Assembly (NCBI RefSeq): GCF_006345805.1
Contig: NW_021832232.1
Coordinates: forward strand, 488,229-552,228
Direction: 5' to 3'
Length of the DNA stretch: 64,000 nt
Source: Octopus sinensis
Taxonomy: Eukaryota
The translations under genes and the position numbers were made by a program. The first letter of the stretch is position 1; every line of letters begins with the position of its first letter. This document shows positions 1 to 12,599 of this stretch, one piece after another. The notes beneath the pieces are model-generated. The model ran no database searches and was not told where the DNA came from. It worked only from the letters and a program-made list of their open reading frames with translations.

Positions 1-1
1 T

Positions 2-3000
2 CTTGTCAGCGAAAGCCATTCCTACGTCGATGGAAAGCCTTTAACTCGTCTCAGACAATTGCTCAAGTGGTTCGGTCCTAATTTCGACGGACTTGTAACA
101 GCATGTCTTCTAATTCTAAGATATTGTTGGATGAATGCCACAAGGCAAAAAACCTTATTTGTAATTCAACTTCAAAGTCCTCAAAAACTGGAAGAATCGT
201 ATTAGAATTACAGAACAAATGTCCGCTTGCAAGAGTTGTTTATTCGAGTGCTACTGGAGCAACTGAGCCTAAAAATATGGCTTATATGATTAGATTGGGT
301 TTGTGGGGACGTGGAACCCCGTTTTATGATATTGGAGCTTTCCTTGAGTCAATTGACCGAAGGTGGTCTATTTGTATTTAAACTATCGCAGAGGAGTTGG
401 TGCGATGGAATTACTTGCAATGGATATGAAAATGCGAGGGATTTATATTGCCAGACAGCTCAGCTTCCACGGAGTTACTTTCCGTACGGAGCAATGTAAT
501 TTAAGTGGGGACTTTATCAAACTTTATAACGCCTCTGTTCGATTTGTATGCTTATATTCGATGCATATTTTAGTGGCTTCGATTGTACGACGATTTTAAG
601 ACTGCTGCAAATCTTGTTAATCTGTGTTCTAAAGGGCGTAAACGAATATGGGCTCAATATTGGGCTGCCCATCAGCGTTTTTTCAAACACATTTGTATAG
701 GAGCTAAAGTTGAGACTTGTGTGCAGTTGTGTCACCGTGAAATAAAGAACGGGCGGGTTTTAATGTCGAATTTTTTATTTTCAAGTGCATTGTGATCGGA
801 CTACAGTCAACTGGTGAGGCACAAATGACTGAGTCGTTCGATGATAATTCCAAGGAAATTGGAGAATTTGTCTCAAATGCCAAGTTGTTAAAAATGTATT
901 CAAATCTGTAGAGGAATACTTCTTAATCTGGTCGAACGTCATTTCCCGACTTATGAAATGGCAAAGTCTTTTGCCAATGGCAATCCAAGCACCGAAACCA
1001 GCAGAGCTATTTCTCCCCAAGACAATTCGGACGATGATGTCATCTTTTTTGACAATGCTGATACGTCCAAACATATCACCTCTGGATTTAACCAAAAGAA
1101 AAATATTCTAAGTAATAAAAAGAACAAAAAAGATGATTCCGATGACTATGATTCATCGGATGCGTCGTCGGATGATTTTGTGACTGTTGGTTCCGTTGGT
1201 TTGTAACCATGTTTATTTAACCACACAAGAAAAGCGTAAACGTGGTCGTCCCAGATTAAATGCCCCTTCTAATACCGACAATTTCACTTCGATTGATAAA
1301 TTTATTGCAGATTCTGGATTATGGAGTGATAAAAACTCAAATGGTTGTTTTCTTTGAGCATTCAACTAATAGTTATGCAATATTCTGACGTTTATCAACT
1401 AAAGCAGAGAGCTATTGATACTGTTCATAAGCTTGGACCGCTTTTACCACCAAATACTTTGGATTATCTTATTGAAAAGCTTGGCGGGTCGAGTAAAGTT
1501 TCCGAGGTTTTACGAATTATATCTGTTATTGAAGATGACGGGGCGTCGAGGCAGGATTGTAACAAATGATGCAGGGAAGCCTGTATTCCAGCTACGATCA
1601 GCAAATGATGTTCCACTGGAAGTTCTAAACCTGACTGAAAGACAAAGATTTATGGACGGAGATAAAGTTATATTGAAAAATGACTTTTAGCTCATTGCAA
1701 TTATCTCTGAAGCAGCAAGTCAGGGAATATCCTTGCAGGCTGACAGACGAGTGTCCAATCAACGTCGTAGAATACATATCACGTTGGAGTTGCCATGGAG
1801 TGCTGACCGTGCAGTCCAGCAATTTGGTATTATGTAATAATATTCATAAAAGGTCGTACTCATCGTTCTAATCAGGTGAGTGCTCCTGAATATGTGTTTT
1901 TACTCTCTGAACTTTCTGGAGAGATTCGTTTTGCGGCCACGGTTGCAAGGAGGCTGCAGTCATTGGGTGCGTTGATGCATGGGGATAGACGAGCTACTGA
2001 TGGTCAGGATTTTTCGCAGTTTAACATTGAGACTAAGGTTGATTGGTGTAATTATTTATGTAAAGCATGGGAGAACTGCTCTTGATTTGTTGATTCGTGT
2101 TATTTCTAAGATAATTCCTTCCCCTGTCCCACTCCCTTATAACTATATGGGTTCTTTTATTTCCGGTTTTTTGTTTTTTTCATTGTTAGATGCAAATGCC
2201 GCCTTTATTGGAGTCGGACTCATTTCTGGTGGTTCACAGGGAATGACTCCTGGTAAATTCCGATCTATTTATTTGTGCTAGAAACTGTAAGCGTTGGCCG
2301 ATTTTTGAATCGTTTACTTGGAATTGAAGTCGAATTACAAAATTCTGTTTTTCAGTTTTTTGCGTCTCTCCAAGAGTTTGCAATGAGACAGGCTAAACGG
2401 GCAGGAACACTTGATGAGGGAATCATGGGTGACTCATTTTTAACATATCGACAGATCTTGGATCAGAGGGAGATAAAGTTGAAATTGTTCAAGTCAAGTC
2501 TTTTCAAAGTTCGGCTACAGACTGGAGTGGTAAAACTGAGCTCCACAAGGTTCTTACATTAATATTTTTATGACAGGTCCGTGTGGAGAGAGGGATGCTG
2601 TGGGATATTGCATTCGACCTTTGTAGGTGTCATGGTGATATCGACAGTGGGTTTTATGTGTCGAAAGAAGTATAATCAAGCTGTTTGTATATTATAAAGG
2701 GATCTGTATTACTGGCAGTACAGAGTGCTCCTGGAGGGATAAGGAAAGACGGAAAGGAAATGATGCAAATATACCGTCCTAATGTTGGAATGATAAAACG
2801 ACTTGAGAGTATTAGTGTTTTGAAACAGTCCTACAATAAAGTTGCATTATATCAATCGACTGATAGATTGATTCCATCGAGCATGCTAAACAACTTTGGA
2901 CAAAGTTATACGAAATGTCTGGTTCTAAATGCACTCATGTGTTGACACGTGGGAGGTGCAAGGATGCTCACTGTGAAGTCGGACTACGTAAGAGGACATA

Positions 3001-3270
3001 TCGTATCCTTGTTGGATCGCTCCTCAGTGTGTGGGAGACGCTTGAATCTGTTGTGGGGGCCAAGCATTCACGCCTTCAAGTAGTTAGACTTCGAACAGCA
3101 GATCGTGTACGTATAATCGGTTTGTGGAGAGTTTTATAATATATTTAGGCACTGTAATTCCTGAACAGTTTGTTGAACGTTTGTCCCAAATTTTGAGTCG
3201 GGATGCTCGAGTTACTACGGAAATAGAGGAGTCGAAAGAGGAAATTTTAAATATGCCTACTATAGTCTGA
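2..3270 (+). CDS. SBNO1: Strawberry notch homolog (SBNO1/2), multi-exon, 5' end outside window
   Basis: Spliced translation gives [12 protein letters not shown]|[113 protein letters not shown] and a C-terminal [11 protein letters not shown]. Introns are e.g. 95-120 (26 nt) and 363-391 (29 nt). Stop TGA at 3268-3270. Confidence 0.95.
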
Positions 3271-3308
3271 TCATTTTATTATTAAATCGATTCTTTATTA
3301 ATTAAAAA

Positions 3309-3887
3309 TCATAACGTATCAGATAGTCGTAGAACAGCAGTGTCGAATGATAGAATTTCAATCTGTTAAGTTAAATAGGGATAATATACGTATCTGAGTC
3401 CACAGATGATAGGATCGACTAGGAATAGTCCTCGAGGTATAAAAATTTTCTGGTTGATGTCAAATACATAGCGTGAAAGACTACTAATACCCTAAAGAAC
3501 TGATTATAATTTATTATGAATTAAACGCTGGTGAATTGGCCTTCAAAAAGAAGGAACCAATTAAAAAGAGTAATGAAACCCAAAATACTTTCAAGAATGC
3601 TCCGCAGTGATATTCTTTGTGAGTTATAAAGAATTTGGTTTATCTTCTTCATGGTTGCTGTGTGTAAATTCTCATCGATCTACGAATACTTGGAAGTTGA
3701 TTACTTTTGATGCAAGTTCGGGAGGAAGTTTGGTAACAAACTGTATATAGTTCTTCTTCGAGTATTCCCTTTCGAGAATTGTAGAACGGTTGATAGGAAT
3801 TCTAAAGTCATTCTCTGTCACATTCTCTGCTTCTTTAAACATTTTACGATCAAAGCCCGACAATCGAAAACTAAACATCAATTTCAT
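3309..3887 (-). CDS. GOLGA7: Golgin A7 / Erf4 family (DHHC9 palmitoyltransferase cofactor)
   Basis: Spliced: EREYSKKNYIQFVTKLPPELASK|IDENLHTATMKKINQIL...SILESILGFIT...DINQKIFIPRGLFLVDPIICGLRY|IEI. This matches GOLGA7 [20 protein letters not shown]...[22 protein letters not shown]. Three introns of 25-35 nt. Confidence 0.8.
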
Positions 3888-4423
3888 ATTAATATTTATT
3901 TATTTATTTTAATTAGATAATTACTTTTAATATTACGTTTATGTTTTTATAATTATTATTGAGTTAGAAAAATGTTGAATTATTGACTTTTAAATTAATA
4001 AACTCAATAGTCTCCTTACTTGAGCTCTTCCCTTCTGATATTTAATTTTTGTCATCAAAATTACTATGGAAAATTTCCACTTGGCAAGCCAATATCTTTA
4101 TTCTTGACTTCCCGGCGGCCAATTAATATTGGAATCCAGAGATATTTATCTCTATTTAGTATAGATCATGGTTATTATTGAAATTCAGAATAAGATGCTC
4201 TTTGGAATAGATTTCATTAGGTTTATTGCACTCCTAGCTGTTATGAAACTGTTATCAATAAAATGAAACCAATTACTGCAATGATATTGACACCGCCTAA
4301 TGAAAAAACACCTCAATTTATGCCAAATCAAAGACTACTCAGACTACTTTTTTTCCTTCCTTTCTTCTTTGGCTCTTTAGACCTCAGAGAAGGTGCAGTC
4401 CAGCGCCCTTCGGTGACCAAATG

Positions 4424-4900
4424 TCAAGAAAAGTCTAGATCGGCGAGGATCAAACGAGACACTCTCTCCAGAGTTCTCTTAAAAACAGTTGACTGTATAT
4501 AAGCCTGTAGAGACTTATCTACACCCAGCTGTTTTAAATACCGCTTGTGGTATTTTGTGACCGGTCCATCCAATGCCATCACACACGAAATGACATGGAC
4601 TTTGCACTAGTGCATTCGGGAAGTACTTCGTTTAAAGTCGAACCAACTCCAGCTGGTTTCACTAAACTGCGCTTGTCAGCCGCATACTGAATACATTTCT
4701 CACTTCCACTGTCTGCAAACGTGCAACTTCCACCATAACAATCTTCCCGGTGACCTTATCGTATACCACAATATCGGGTTTGTTGTGTTGGACAACAATC
4801 GAGGTGCTCACACACCGATTGAACTCGATGGGTTCGCAACTTTCTTGACCGCCACAAGCCATACGTATTGCAGAGCAGAAGATAAAGGGACCTCATTACC
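4424..4900 (-). mobile_element. Degenerate 3' part of a REL-endonuclease non-LTR retrotransposon (family 'B', not the CRE family)
   Basis: HNKPDIVVYDK...VMVEV (PD-D/ExK REL motif), then CVMALDGPVTKYHKRYLKQLG...AYIQSTVFKRTLERVS*. Frameshifted. Confidence 0.75.
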
Positions 4901-4952
4901 TTTTTATGTTTCCATGTGTAATCCTGGTAAAGCAACGCTAACCATTACAATA

Positions 4953-5640
4953 TGTCGCGAGCTATGCTGGCGACCAAGGTGACCTACATAGTTGACAGGG
5001 TGACCTACATAGTTTGACACTAATTACTGACTCAAGATAATTGCTAAAAATTCAAAAAACTTAACATTTTTAAACTCTATTCATAGTAACTATTTTGGTT
5101 TCATTTCGTAATTCGATCTAAATGTTAGGAAAGACAACTAACCATTAATCTGTTATTAGACATTATATTTTTTACTTTCCCCTTTCTTCGTATGAGGATT
5201 CAAATCTGTGTAGCTTCAATGACGGATTCGTCCCACAATCTTTTAAGATTCGAACCTAAACTGTTATTATTTAATTATACCTCATTCCCTATTTCAAAAT
5301 CATATTTTTACCTGTGTAGTCCCATCTTTTTATTCATTCTCATGAATCACAGTGTTAATTCCAGAAATACCCCTAAACTTTTTGAAGGGAGTCTCATTGA
5401 TCGCCGAGTGGTGTGTCGTATTATAGGAAAGTTACTTTGTCTAAAAATTGTTTCCAATTTTTAGTTCCTTCTTCATCCATACCCCGTGTCAATGTTTGGT
5501 TAAAGCGCTCAATTAGACCCTGATTTATTTCAACCTAAGTATATTTAATTAAAAATACTTTTAAAGGCCCAGCAAATTTACAAATTTTGCAGTATTTTAT
5601 AAATTGTTCGATAATAGGGCGTTTCACAGTAAAATAAAAA
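4953..5640 (-). mobile_element. Ginger2/TDD-type (gypsy-integrase DNA transposon) relic, one end only
   Basis: TGTCGCGAGCTATGCTGGCGACC end at 4953 resembles the TIR at 46267. Minus strand encodes NQGLIERFNQTL...W...YNTTHHSAINETPF (rve integrase C-half). 5540-5620 is homologous to 46590-46650. Confidence 0.7.
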
Positions 5641-6325
5641 AGGAGTAGTTCTGGTAGATATAGATCCCATTTTTGTAGGATTAAACATTTGAGTTATTTA
5701 TTACAGAAATTGGAATTCAAAAAATTAGATAACCAAAATTCATTAATTTTATATTTTTTCATTGTGTAATTAGATATATCTCTTTAACCATTTATTTTTT
5801 CCAATAAATCTTAATGATATCTTATAAGGAATCATCAATGAATTGAGAAGATTTGTTATAGTTTTTATCACACTGAGAAAAAATTTTAATCCAAAATATA
5901 ATTTGTACATTTCAAAAAATTCATGACTAGTTTTGATTTATGTTCATACTAATTATTTCTTCGCTGTTAATCAGACTTTGAATTCTCAGAGACAAGTGTT
6001 CATTATTTATTTCCAACTGAAAGAATAAGACGAATTCTTTGTCAAATAAACTCTAATTGCTTGAATACAAGATTTATTACCACATAAAACCAAAAGCAGT
6101 TATAAACCTAAAACAGAATTAACACCGCTTTGGGATATCACTGACACGAATATTTCGACCATAAGATTTAAATCCTTATTTTAAAATAATGAAACATAAA
6201 ACACTCAATTCCTATTGATACTCACCGCAGCATTACGTTCCTTAAATACAAGCTAAGAATTACTTGACATAAAAACAAAATATCCAAAAAAATCTCAAGA
6301 ACAAAAAATTGTGAAAATTAAGTCC

Positions 6326-7281
6326 TTATATTATTTTCTCCAAGATGTTGGCATAATTAATAAACTGCTGAGCCAAAGAAACTGACTGTGAGTCAGTAGA
6401 ATGAGATTCAGCAGGTTTTTTATTGAAATAAACTAACCCATTCTCAACCTCAATCGTCGACTTTTAAATTTTAAAACAAAAAATAAAACCTTAAATTGAA
6501 TCAACTCTTCCAGAGAATTTAAAAAAAGCATTTTCACCGCCTCATCAACCGGTAAACAATTTGAACTGAATCCACTAACAATCTCTTCACTAAAAATACA
6601 AAAAAAACAATAAAACCGAATAGAATTGATAAACATATCCATTAAAGGACCGTACACGTCAGAAGGAAGGGCAGACCGAGCAAACAATATTTTATTATAA
6701 CTCCCAATAGTCATATAACGTTCCAAAAGCACAACATGACGGATATAAACATTATTTTCAATAGCACCTCGAGGAAGTAATTCAAGTTCCTTAAAAATAA
6801 CAAAATATTCAACTCACTGTATGGAAAGCTGATATTTTTGAGGGTCCTGAGGCTAGGAGTAGTAGAAGGTACAGTCCATGTGTGTGATAGAACTGTGGGG
6901 AGTCCGGAAGGTGACTTTTGACATATTTTTGTAAAGAAAAAACCGATTTTCATTGTAGTGGGTTTTAAGCTGTGTCATGTAACGAGTGAAGGCGTCGACA
7001 TCGACTGTCATGGCAGTCCATTGGACGGCAACCTCCAAAATGTCCCCTAAATATATATTTGGGTCAAAAAAACTAAAACTGAGTTGCATTTGAGACTCGT
7101 TGTAGGAATTTGAGCTATTATCCAACAAATAAGCAGACATTAGTATTTTCTAATATTATTGAGGATAAAAACATACATTTACGTCTCCAACCAGTTCGGA
7201 TAACTGAGAGGTATTGGTTGGGGTCCCGCATTTCCAGAGTGATAAGAGTTTTGTGTGAAACTCGGAGATTGCTTGTGCCAT
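6326..7281 (-). CDS. PSMD8: 26S proteasome lid subunit Rpn12
   Basis: GDILEVAVQWTAMTVDVDAFTRYMTQLKTHY corresponds to [31 protein letters not shown]. Also LERYMTIGSYNKILFA and C-terminal LAQQFINYANILEKII*. ATG at 7281-7279. Confidence 0.9.
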
Positions 7282-7854
7282 CTACAACAAGAAAACTTAT
7301 TATATATTATTTTTTTATTAAAATTAATTAATTAACCAAATATGTATAAATAATTAGTTTAAGGAGAAACGATTTTTTAAAAGAGACATGGTTATAAAAT
7401 TTAGTTTTGAATTTTGTATTAAAATTATTATAAATTCTATTATTGTTATTAACATATTCTTCATAGTTTTATTAATTATATTTCTTTAATAGTAAAATTT
7501 TTATTTCTGGATCTCCTTTCTAACTGAGGGGATCTCGTGCCCCACCCAGCCGGGGTAGGATCATTCTGACTAGCCTTAAATGTTAGTTTCAGTTATTAAC
7601 GTTATAGAAAATTAACAAAAAGAGGTCCAAATTTAACTTATTATTTTATTAATTATTATAAACAAAATTTTTAAAACAATTAATGATAATCTATATCTAA
7701 TTCAATTGATTTGTCGTGGTTTGCGGATCTGGTCACTTTTAAAAAGAATTAATATTCCCGCGCCTTTCCCTCAATCAATATTATCATGGGAACATATATA
7801 TTGATTACCCTCAACCACCAGCCATATTATAAATTAAATAAAAATATTCATAAC

Positions 7855-8609
7855 TTAAAATTCATTAAAACAATCAAATATTGTTTCATTATCTTGCATC
7901 TTAAATGAATAGTCAACGTTGGCTGTAGGCATTAAAATGTCAGAATTGCTTTTCAAAACTGATTTGTTCATATTTTTAGACGCCTCGTCCAATAAAATGA
8001 CAGAAATAGGCCCTGAATCACAAAATATTCTTAATTTTGCCCCTTTCCGGTCCTAAAGATAGCAAAACAAGGGCAAACCATTGTTTTGGGAAATGTCAAT
8101 TGAGCGTCAGGTGGTGCATGGATTACAAAAACCGTTTTTTGGTCAAAACTCTCCTGTAGTTCATTAGTACGGACAAATGTGAGTCTTTGTGGCTCATCCA
8201 TTCCCTGCCATACGTGGGTATTGCACTGCTTTGCTGATCGGAGGTCTCTGTCCATGTCACTGTCGAGTTTCTGCAGAGATTCGATTTCAAATCTTAGACG
8301 TTGAGCTTCGTCAACACAACTATTTTTCTCTGCCCTGAAATTGTTATTTGACAGCTTTACCGCCATTTTATGCAATTTTTTGACTTTTTTTCTAGTAGGC
8401 CAATTCCTTCTAGAACGTTGGTTATGTCGTAGATGCGACGTTTCTGTTTGACCGATAATTTCCAGGCTGCCTAGGAATTTGGGGTTATTTGGACTTAAAA
8501 TAACCTCTCGTAAATCAAGTAAGCCATTTTTTGAGGATTTTATAAGGTCTATGAATTTTGATGTCAATAATCCTAGACTTTTCTCGCGTCTCCTACCAGT
8601 AAATTCCAT
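7855..8609 (-). CDS. E2F4: E2F4/5-like transcription factor (about 222 aa, 3 introns)
   Basis: [15 protein letters not shown]|[36 protein letters not shown] (E2F DNA-binding domain), coiled coil/marked box ([10 protein letters not shown]) and C-terminal [16 protein letters not shown]. Introns of 34, 26 and 26 nt restore one frame. Paralog identity is uncertain. Confidence 0.9.
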
Positions 8610-9428
8610 CACAAAGACTTTAGCCTTATTTTCGCGTCATATATTATATGTTTGCCATTCTAAAATAATTATTTAATTATAAAATTAATTTATAATATAG
8701 TTATCAAAGATTAATAAAATAATAATTCCAAAATTGCATTTTTTAAAATATTTTCTTATACAATATTGTACTCTAACTTGAATCTAATTACATGTAAATA
8801 TATTTTCTTAATGGAAACAAAATTTTTCAAGAACTAAAACAAAAATTAAACTATAAGTATATGCAGGAATTTTTCATATGAACTATTGTTATAGAAACAT
8901 GAATTTTTAACTTTTAATTTTATTGTTTCAAACAATAACAACTATTATTTCATTTTCGCCAGAAATTATAATTATATTAAAATCAAACCTTTAAATCTCT
9001 TTATTTTTGAGACCAACCAAATCCTGCCGAGATTTAGAATTTGCCGAGCAACAGATGTTTTGCATTTCGGATTGTTTACCAAAAAATGAAATTTATATAC
9101 CTAATTTTTTTGTCTGTAATCCAAATAATTTTTGTCTCTAATTTTTTTGTCTGTGATCTATATACGTAATTAAATTATGATTAACTATTTAAAAATTTAA
9201 AATTGTAAAAAAATTAAGAAATTCTTGTCAACGGCTGAGAGTGATACCAGGCTTAGAACGATCGCGCAAAATCGATTTAGCCCGAGTGTCGTAACACCGA
9301 TAGTTAACGGCAAGCGACCAAAAGGGTTAAATACTATCCATATCTACTGTGACCATCTTTTCTGATATTTGAGACTCCATGTCACAATGGGGAAACTAAA
9401 TGACTGACAACTCAGAAATCGTGATTAC

Positions 9429-12426
9429 GTGATGGCTGATGTGGGGTTGAATTTTGCTGTGAATAAGCAAGAAACTTTGATGCTTACGGACAACGACAAT
9501 GAAGAAAAATGCATGTTGTTAAGTGAAACTATCATTCCGAACATCATTCCAAAAAGAGAGAACACGATATGCTCTTTCTGCGAACTGAGCAACAAACGCC
9601 GGTTTGGCATGAACTGTTCATCTTGCGGTGAATTTTTCCATCTTTCATGTATTAAAATCACCAACAAAGCAGCAAAGACGCTATACAAATGGGACTGTCG
9701 TCGATGCATGAGTTCTTGTACAAACCGAAATTTCAATCCTCCTGAAATAAATATTGCGCCTAACCAGCCTGATCTTCCCTCAAATACAGACCTCATCCTT
9801 CTACACCTATCGGAGCTACGGAAGTCCAGGAAGATTCCTCTAAGGATTCCGAAATCCGCCCGTATTTCAGCTGCTTCATGTCTTAGCCAGCTAATTGATA
9901 ATGCTCTCTCCACTAACAGCTTGGCTTCTTGGGTTCAATTGCTGAGCTTTGCACCTCTTGCTCTTGGAGTACAATTCAAAAACGCTACGCAGAATGAGTC
10001 CATATCCTGTATTATCAAGAGAAATATAAAATCAATTGATGACAAAGTACACCACACAAAGCTGAATGAAAGACGAAATATAACTCTAAACCAGGATAGC
10101 ATAAGAGACAGAGTGAATAGGAAACTCATTGAGGGTGATATCCGTGCTGCTTTGCGCGTCGTGAGCAACGATGATACGGTTTTAGCCCCGACTCCTTCAG
10201 TGATCGAACATCTGATACGTAAACACCCTTACCCACCTACGGACTACCAAGAATTCGCTATGCCGGAAAATTTGCCCAGCATTATCATCACCGAACAGGA
10301 GGTGATTTCCGGAATCGCGTCGTTTGCTCTAAGCAGCAGTGGAGGCTTGGAGGGCCTGCGACCGGGACATGTCAAAGATCTTACTGCGAGATCAGTTCAT
10401 AGTTCAAATTTGGTTAAATCCATTACGTCGCTGGTTTCTAAAATTGTCAATGGAAAGATCCCTTCTTATGCAAGGGAACTACTATTCTCCGCGCACCTAT
10501 TGGCCTTTAAAAAGAAGGACGGGGGAGTAAGACCGATCGCAGTTGGTAATTACTTCAGAAGACTTGCGGCAAAGATTGTCGCTAAAAGAGTCTGTCCGCG
10601 GATAAGCGGAGAACTTTCGCCAGTCCAATTGGGAGTCGGTATTACAAATGGATGTGAGGCCTCTGTGCTACTTTGGCTGTAGTGCGAAAACCCCCCGCAT
10701 GGGGCTCAAAATAGACATATCTAATGCTTTCAACACACTGCGACGAGATCGACTTATGGAATCGTGCTGGAAGAGAGTTCCGGAGATAATTCAGATAGTT
10801 AACCTCTCTTATGGGAAAGAATCGTCTCTAGTCTTCGGTAACGAAATTATCATGTCACGAAGTGGAGTACAGCAAGGAGATCCACTAGGACCTTTACTGT
10901 TTTCGTTGGCCATCGATGATGTTGCACGTTCAACTGGAACTGAACTCAATCTCTGGTATCTCGACGATGCCACTATCGGTGGAACTTGGGAATCTGTTTA
11001 CGATGGAATTTCGCAAATTGCTCCTGCTTTGAAAAGCCTCGGTTTGGAAATTAATACAAACAAATCGGAATTGATCAATATTACGTACTCCAATGACGAA
11101 TTCATGCGAATTACTCAACAGTTCAACCATTTGCTTAAAGGGATTTCTACCACGGCTCGGGACGAGGTATATTTCCTCGGTGGTCCACTTGGTGACGCAG
11201 AATTGCGTAAACACCTTTGGAGGAAGGCAGAAAACCTATCACTATTTACACAACGAATATCCCTCCTTGATGCGCATACTGCGTTTTTTCTCATGAGAGC
11301 GAGTATCTGCATGCCAAGACTTCTTTATGCTCTAAGGAGCTGCCCTTGCTATGCACAACGAGACAGCCTCTTATTACTTGATCAGACACTGAAAGACACG
11401 GCCGAAACTATTTTAAACGTTCGTTTTGATGATCTGGGATGGATTCAGTGTAAACTGCCAACGAAATTGGGTGGAGTTGGCCTCAGGTCCGCATTGGAAG
11501 TAGCAGCACCAGCTTATCTCTCGTCGCTCTCAAGCAGCCGGGATCTGGTCCAGGAAATTCTACGTAACCCTTCTGAATTTTCCTTGGAGCCGGAGTTCGC
11601 TAGAGCTTGTGAACGATGGAGTGGAACTGGGTTGATGATTCCGGCGGAGACATTCAAACAGACTAACTGGGATTCGATTTTATGCAACGACATCGTCCAA
11701 AAATACAAACAGAGGGCCAATCAGCATCGACTCACATGTCTCTTGTCCGGAGCACGCCATCATAGTGGCGCGTGGCTTGATGCTCTCCCGTGTCCTGCTC
11801 TTGGCAATCTATTGGACAATAATTCTATGAGAATCGGTGTAGCACTTCGTCTGGGACTGGATATTTGCCAAGTTCACGGCTGTCGTTGCGGAGGCCTTGT
11901 TGATGCCAAAGGACTGCACCCTCTATCCTGCGGAAGAAGTGCAGGTCGAACCCCTCGACATGCCGCATTGAATGATGTGATACGACGTGCCCTAGAGGCA
12001 GCAGGATTCCCAGCAAGACTGGAACCTGTGGGTCTTAACCGTAATGATGGGAAAAGGCCAGATGGAGTGACTCTTTTCCCCTACTCTGGGGGAAAACCAC
12101 TAGTTTGGGACTCGACATGCGTGGACACTTTCACTCGAAAGAACATCAACATTTCTTTGCGTTCACCTGGATCGGCCGCTAACTTTGCTGAAAAAGCAAA
12201 AATTGCCAAATATTCCACAATCGGGGATTCGTACCGCTTTGTTCCTGTGGCAGTCGAGACTTCGGGTGTCACAGGAACTGTAACTGAGTCATTCCTTAAA
12301 GAAATCGGACGTAAAATCGCTCATATAAAAAACGACTGGAGGGAACCCACATGGCTTCGACAAAGAATAGGTTTGGCCGTTGTTCGCGGCAATGCCTATT
12401 CGATTATGTCGTCAGCCGCGAATTAA
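9429..12426 (+). mobile_element. Near full-length CRE-clade (R2-group, REL) non-LTR retrotransposon with N-terminal PHD finger; one frameshift at about 10665
   Basis: C4HC3 finger (CSFC..CSSC..FHLSC..WDCRRC). RT motifs RPIAVGNYFRRL, QLGVG, KIDISNAFN, GVQQGDPLGPLLF, YLDD. Zinc knuckle CRC..H..SC, then RH..LND, KRPDG, WDSTC, AVETSG, QRIGLAVVRGNA. Confidence 0.9.
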
Positions 12427-12599
12427 TTATATGCGCTTTTTACAGCTCGTTTAAATTAATATGTAATGAATTAATATCAAATTTTCATTTTGCTAATAAA
12501 ATTTCTTTTACATTTTTTATTCCTTTTTTGGATTAATATACAACTGGTTTTCTTGGTTATTTTCTGAATAACTTAAAACAGGTTGATTTGACTTCATGA

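Noticed and set aside
9228-9332. HDV-like ribozyme call
   Set aside because: P1- and P3-like pairings exist, but I found no P2 partner or canonical L3/J4/2. Kept only as an unexplained structured region.
10640-10690. Programmed frameshift between two CRE ORFs
   Set aside because: The break lies inside RT domain 2-3, where VHAxRRY-like residues are missing and there is no slippery site. A short deletion explains it better.
9425-12272. Antisense and overlapping ORFs on the CRE element (e.g. 9425-9913, 10930-11214) and similar shadow ORFs over DHX8 and other elements
   Set aside because: These are shadows of GC-richer coding DNA with no recognisable motifs.
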